A DNA stretch of 32,000 bases, taken from Coprobacillaceae bacterium. GTDB taxonomy: Bacteria > Bacillota_I > Bacilli_A > Erysipelotrichales > Coprobacillaceae. The stretch is from the NCBI GenBank assembly GCA_963675915.1, contig OY780959.1:1200001-1232000 (forward strand), in the 5' to 3' direction. The notes under the pieces are model-generated. The model did not search any database, was not told where the DNA came from, and saw nothing but the letters and a program-made list of their open reading frames with translations. Of the stretch, positions 29,072-32,000 are shown one piece after another (the stretch's first letter is position 1; every line of letters begins with the position of its first letter). The translations under genes and the position numbers were made by a program.

Positions 29072-30433
29072 CTAATCGTCCTCTTCCTCATCGTCATCAG
29101 CATGACGGTCAGCGTTGGCCGGTTTGGTCTTCTTTTCATTGTCATGTTCTTCAGCTTCTTGAGCGTCAGCTGCTTGGACTTGAACACCGGCGCGGTATTC
29201 CTTCCACAAGTCTTGGCCTTCGTCCTTGATTGCTTTTAGATCCAAAGTGTCATCATCAAGGTCATATCCAAGCCACGAATCGATTGCTTCATAAGCTGGA
29301 GTTCCCACTTCAAACTCATCTTTGAGAGCTTCCAGTTTTTCAGCCAAATCGGCAATGGCATCCTTGAGTTCTTCTTGATCATCTTCCTTCGCTTCTTCAG
29401 TTTCAGCTTCGAAAAGATATTTGTATTCTTTTTTGTACTTGTTATACAGATCGCGAGCCTCGTTTTTGATTCGAACCAGTGAACCGTTATTCAAACGCTC
29501 CTCGTAAGTGGCAAGCCACTGCTCAACTTCATCATGATCATCGCCAGCTGGCATTTCACCAAGGATTGCATTCAGTTTTTCGACGTATCCTCCAAGCACC
29601 TCTTGAAGTTCAGGATCTTCTGCAGTATCCCCATTGTTATGAGCCCAGATTACATTGTATTGATGTAAGAACGGCTTCCAAAGAAGTTTGGCTTCTTTTA
29701 ACAATTCGACATAATCAGGCTCTTCACCAAGATAATTGCCTTCCAAATCGAACTGCTCGAGGAATGTTGCAATAGCTCCATCTTCGTCATCCTCAGGGGC
29801 AATGGTGCTCAGTTTGGAAACAAATACCGCTAATGAAGATTCGGCACTGTCATCCTCAATCAGGACATTTCCAGCCAACATCAAATCGTTTTGTTCACCA
29901 CTGACAAATTCAGTGATATTATCCTCAAGGGCATCATCATCTCCGGTAACTTTGGCCAATTCCAGTCTTCCCAGACTGACTCCGGTTGCTTGAGACTCAG
30001 CCGCTGTTGCATCATCACTTTCAAGATAAAGCAAACGGATGTTATCAGGCACTTCAAGTTCCTCAGCCAGATATTCATTCAATTCGATTCCCAGGGCTTC
30101 GCTGATCGTATTTTCCAGTTCAGTTGATGAAATCAGAATATTGTTGTTTTCATCATTGAGGTATTTCTCAATTTTTGCATTGGCGATGATTTCTTCCATT
30201 ACAACAAAGATATCCTCACCAATCATCGTATCATCAATGATCGCCAAGGCTTCCTCGTTAAGAGGAATGATTTCTTCGACCAGATTTTCTCCGGTTATTT
30301 TGATATCCATGCTAGGGTTGATATCAATGGATACCATGGCATAACTGGTACTTCTACGGGGCAAAACAACCGCACTGAATACCAGAGCCAGCGATACCGT
30401 CGCCAGGGTGGCAATTGAAAATTTCTTTAGCAT
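29072..30433 (-). CDS. Membrane-anchored or secreted, highly acidic repeat protein with an RsgI-like juxtamembrane (DINPS) segment; function unknown
   Basis: 453 aa, SD aaggagag. The N-terminus is a hydrophobic signal/anchor, KKFSIATLATVSLALVFSAVVL. Next comes VSIDINPSMDIKITGENLVEEIIPLNEEA. Three ~80-aa repeats follow, and the protein ends in DDDEEEDD. D and E dominate the composition throughout. Confidence 0.75.
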   Translation of the reverse strand: MLKKFSIATLATVSLALVFSAVVLPRRSTSYAMVSIDINPSMDIKITGENLVEEIIPLNEEALAIIDDTMIGEDIFVVMEEIIANAKIEKYLNDENNNILISSTELENTISEALGIELNEYLAEELEVPDNIRLLYLESDDATAAESQATGVSLGRLELAKVTGDDDALEDNITEFVSGEQNDLMLAGNVLIEDDSAESSLAVFVSKLSTIAPEDDEDGAIATFLEQFDLEGNYLGEEPDYVELLKEAKLLWKPFLHQYNVIWAHNNGDTAEDPELQEVLGGYVEKLNAILGEMPAGDDHDEVEQWLATYEERLNNGSLVRIKNEARDLYNKYKKEYKYLFEAETEEAKEDDQEELKDAIADLAEKLEALKDEFEVGTPAYEAIDSWLGYDLDDDTLDLKAIKDEGQDLWKEYRAGVQVQAADAQEAEEHDNEKKTKPANADRHADDDEEEDD

Positions 30434-30492
30434 AGTGTTTCTCTCCTTACATTAATGCTCAATCGTTCTTTAGAAAATCTTAAGATACATAA

Positions 30493-30522
30493 ATTATAGC
30501 ATATTCGAGCATTATTTAACAA
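30493..30522 (-). promoter_or_regulatory. Candidate promoter (extended -10) for the acidic repeat protein gene
   Basis: On the minus strand this reads TTGTTA-18 nt-TATAAT preceded by TGc (TGcTATAAT), about 60 nt upstream of the ATG. Confidence 0.5.
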
Positions 30523-30558
30523 GTGCCTTAAAATTACCAAAAATTAATTGATTGTAAC

Positions 30559-31296
30559 TTATTTAAGGTCGAGGAGATTCATCTGGTCGGGGCTGATTTC
30601 GTAAATGACATTTTTCCGTTCCACGATGATTTTTATTTTCCCAGCCACCTGCTTGTCATTTTTGATCAGTTCGAGCAGCCCTCGGGTTGGATTGATCGCA
30701 TAGGGATGACCAACCAGTTTGAACATCGCAAAGTCGCCGACCGTATCGCCATATCCATAGGATTTGTCAAGATCGATATCATATTGAAGTGCGAGATCCT
30801 TGATCGCCTGACACTTGGACTCACTGTCCCACATCGGAATGATCTTGTCAGTGTAGTTGTTGTTGCCATCGGTCACATAAACGGTCCCCCGATAATCGTC
30901 AAAATCATATTTTTCCGCCATTTCCCTGACCAGTTCGATCGGCGAACCGGAAATGGCAATAATTAGATTCTTTTTCTTGCGGTGATACTCAATCTGATTG
31001 CGGGAAAAGACATAGACCCGGTCTCCCTTTTGTTCCACCACTTTCTTGGCGATATGATTGATCAGGATCTGATTGATTCCCAGAATTGACTCGCAGTAGA
31101 TATCAACCATCCGATGGAGATAATCATCATAATCCCCCTGACGGCGGTCGTATTTCATAAAGGCGTGACGGACATCATCGTGCCACATGGATTCATCAGC
31201 CAATTCATGTTTGATTATTTTTTTAAACAACTCGGTAATCATCCCCTCACGGTAAATGGTTCCATCAATATCGAAAAATGCCGCGGTCTTTTTCAT
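30559..31296 (-). CDS. HAD-superfamily hydrolase, subfamily IB (SerB-like)
   Basis: HAD motif I is FFDIDGTIY. A cap region follows, then motif III/IV (YGDTVGDFAMF). I place the start at 31296, after the SD gaaggagg. Confidence 0.85.
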   Translation of the reverse strand: MKKTAAFFDIDGTIYREGMITELFKKIIKHELADESMWHDDVRHAFMKYDRRQGDYDDYLHRMVDIYCESILGINQILINHIAKKVVEQKGDRVYVFSRNQIEYHRKKKNLIIAISGSPIELVREMAEKYDFDDYRGTVYVTDGNNNYTDKIIPMWDSESKCQAIKDLALQYDIDLDKSYGYGDTVGDFAMFKLVGHPYAINPTRGLLELIKNDKQVAGKIKIIVERKNVIYEISPDQMNLLDLK

Positions 31297-31337
31297 CGCA
31301 GTACCTCCTTCTGGCAATTTCCCCCAGTTTCCTTGTC

Positions 31338-31366
31338 TTGTAAATTAATCCTATCAGTGCTAAAAT
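31338..31366 (+). promoter_or_regulatory. Candidate sigma-A promoter for the terminal ABC ATPase gene
   Basis: TTGTAA-17 nt-TAAAAT, about 30 nt upstream of the ATG at 31399. Confidence 0.45.
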
Positions 31367-31398
31367 TTTCTTATATTATTTTTTGGAAAGGGAAACAT

Positions 31399-32000
31399 AT
31401 GAGCCTGATCAAGTTACAAGATATTTGTCTTAGTTTTGGTCCTAAGTTAATTTTCGACCATTTCAATTTAAAAGTCAATTCCGGTGATAAGATTTTAATC
31501 ACCGGCAAATCAGGAAAAGGAAAGTCGACGATGCTGAAGGTCTTGTTGGGTTTTTGTCCGATCGATAGTGGAACAGTCTTCTTCGATGATAAGGAAATGA
31601 ATCAAACCTTGCTCCGCGCAAACCGCCAGCGCTTTGGCTATGTCAATCAGGATGTCACCTTGCGTGACGGTCCGGTTAAGGAAATCCTGGCTGAAATTGC
31701 CAAATTCGACCATAATCATTTTCAGGGTCGGATTGATGAAAAGCTGATGGATTATTTTGAGTTCAACCCCGAATTGCTTGAAAAGAAGATTTCCCAGCTT
31801 TCCGGTGGGGAACGGCAACGGTTGGGACTGATGATCGCCATCATGCTTGAGCGGGAAATCTACCTGCTTGATGAAGTCACTTCGGCGCTTGATAGCAATC
31901 TCAAAGCGAAAGTGGCCCATTATTTTGGCGACAGTGATGCCACTGTTATCGCCATCTCCCATGACGACAGTTTTAAAAACACCGGAAAATTCAAGGAGGT
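31399..32000 (+). CDS. Small ABC transporter ATP-binding protein; the 3' end runs off the window
   Basis: Absent from the ORF track because no stop lies in the window. Hand translation gives MSLIKLQDICLSFGPKLIFDHFNLKVNSGDKILITGKSGKGKSTMLK...QLSGGERQRLGLMIAIMLEREIYLLDEVTSALD...VIAISHDD. Walker A, signature, Walker B and H-loop are all present. The last bases read aaggagg, which looks like the SD of a following gene. Confidence 0.85.
   Translation, partial: MSLIKLQDICLSFGPKLIFDHFNLKVNSGDKILITGKSGKGKSTMLKVLLGFCPIDSGTVFFDDKEMNQTLLRANRQRFGYVNQDVTLRDGPVKEILAEIAKFDHNHFQGRIDEKLMDYFEFNPELLEKKISQLSGGERQRLGLMIAIMLEREIYLLDEVTSALDSNLKAKVAHYFGDSDATVIAISHDDSFKNTGKFKE

Noticed and set aside
31510-31962. 150-aa minus-strand ORF
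   Set aside because: It is antisense to the plus-strand ABC ATPase gene, which is missing from the track only because it has no stop inside the window. The plus-strand frame shows Walker A, signature, Walker B and H-loop motifs.

Overview
This looks like ordinary chromosomal sequence from a Bacillota-type genome. Nearly every gene has a strong GGAGG-type Shine-Dalgarno site, leuS has a T-box leader, metK has an S-box-like leader, and the HPF is the long form. I can support 26 protein-coding genes, two of them cut by the window edges, and most lie on the minus strand. In order they are: a membrane GGDEF diguanylate cyclase (partial); a GH1 phospho-beta-glucosidase; a flavodoxin; a PPK2 polyphosphate kinase; leuS; two tandem fused ATPase-FtsX (MacB-type) ABC proteins; a TIGR01212 radical SAM protein; hpf; metK; a NifU-like protein; an MsbA-type ABC exporter; a CoA-binding protein followed by pntAA-pntAB-pntB; an AEC transporter; a rhomboid protease; an [FeFe]-hydrogenase-like protein; a four-domain CoA-disulfide/persulfide reductase-rhodanese-TusA-DsrE fusion with a divergent ArsR-family regulator; two tandem GH1 paralogues; a very acidic membrane-anchored repeat protein; a HAD-IB hydrolase; and a small ABC ATPase (partial). 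I saw no rRNA, tRNA, CRISPR array, transposase, integrase, phage gene or recognisable defence gene. I do not see a convincing novel multi-gene system. The best leads are modest. (1) A two-Cys ArsR regulator, a palindromic operator and the CoADR-Rhd-TusA-DsrE fusion look like a persulfide-responsive module. (2) An orphan RsgI-like juxtamembrane DINPS module is fused to three ~80-aa acidic repeats. (3) The radical SAM gene appears to be leaderless. (4) A CoA-binding protein is translationally coupled to the transhydrogenase operon. (5) A ~600-bp gene-free divergent region carries related palindromes. All calls come from reading the sequence and the supplied ORF translations by eye. No database search was run.
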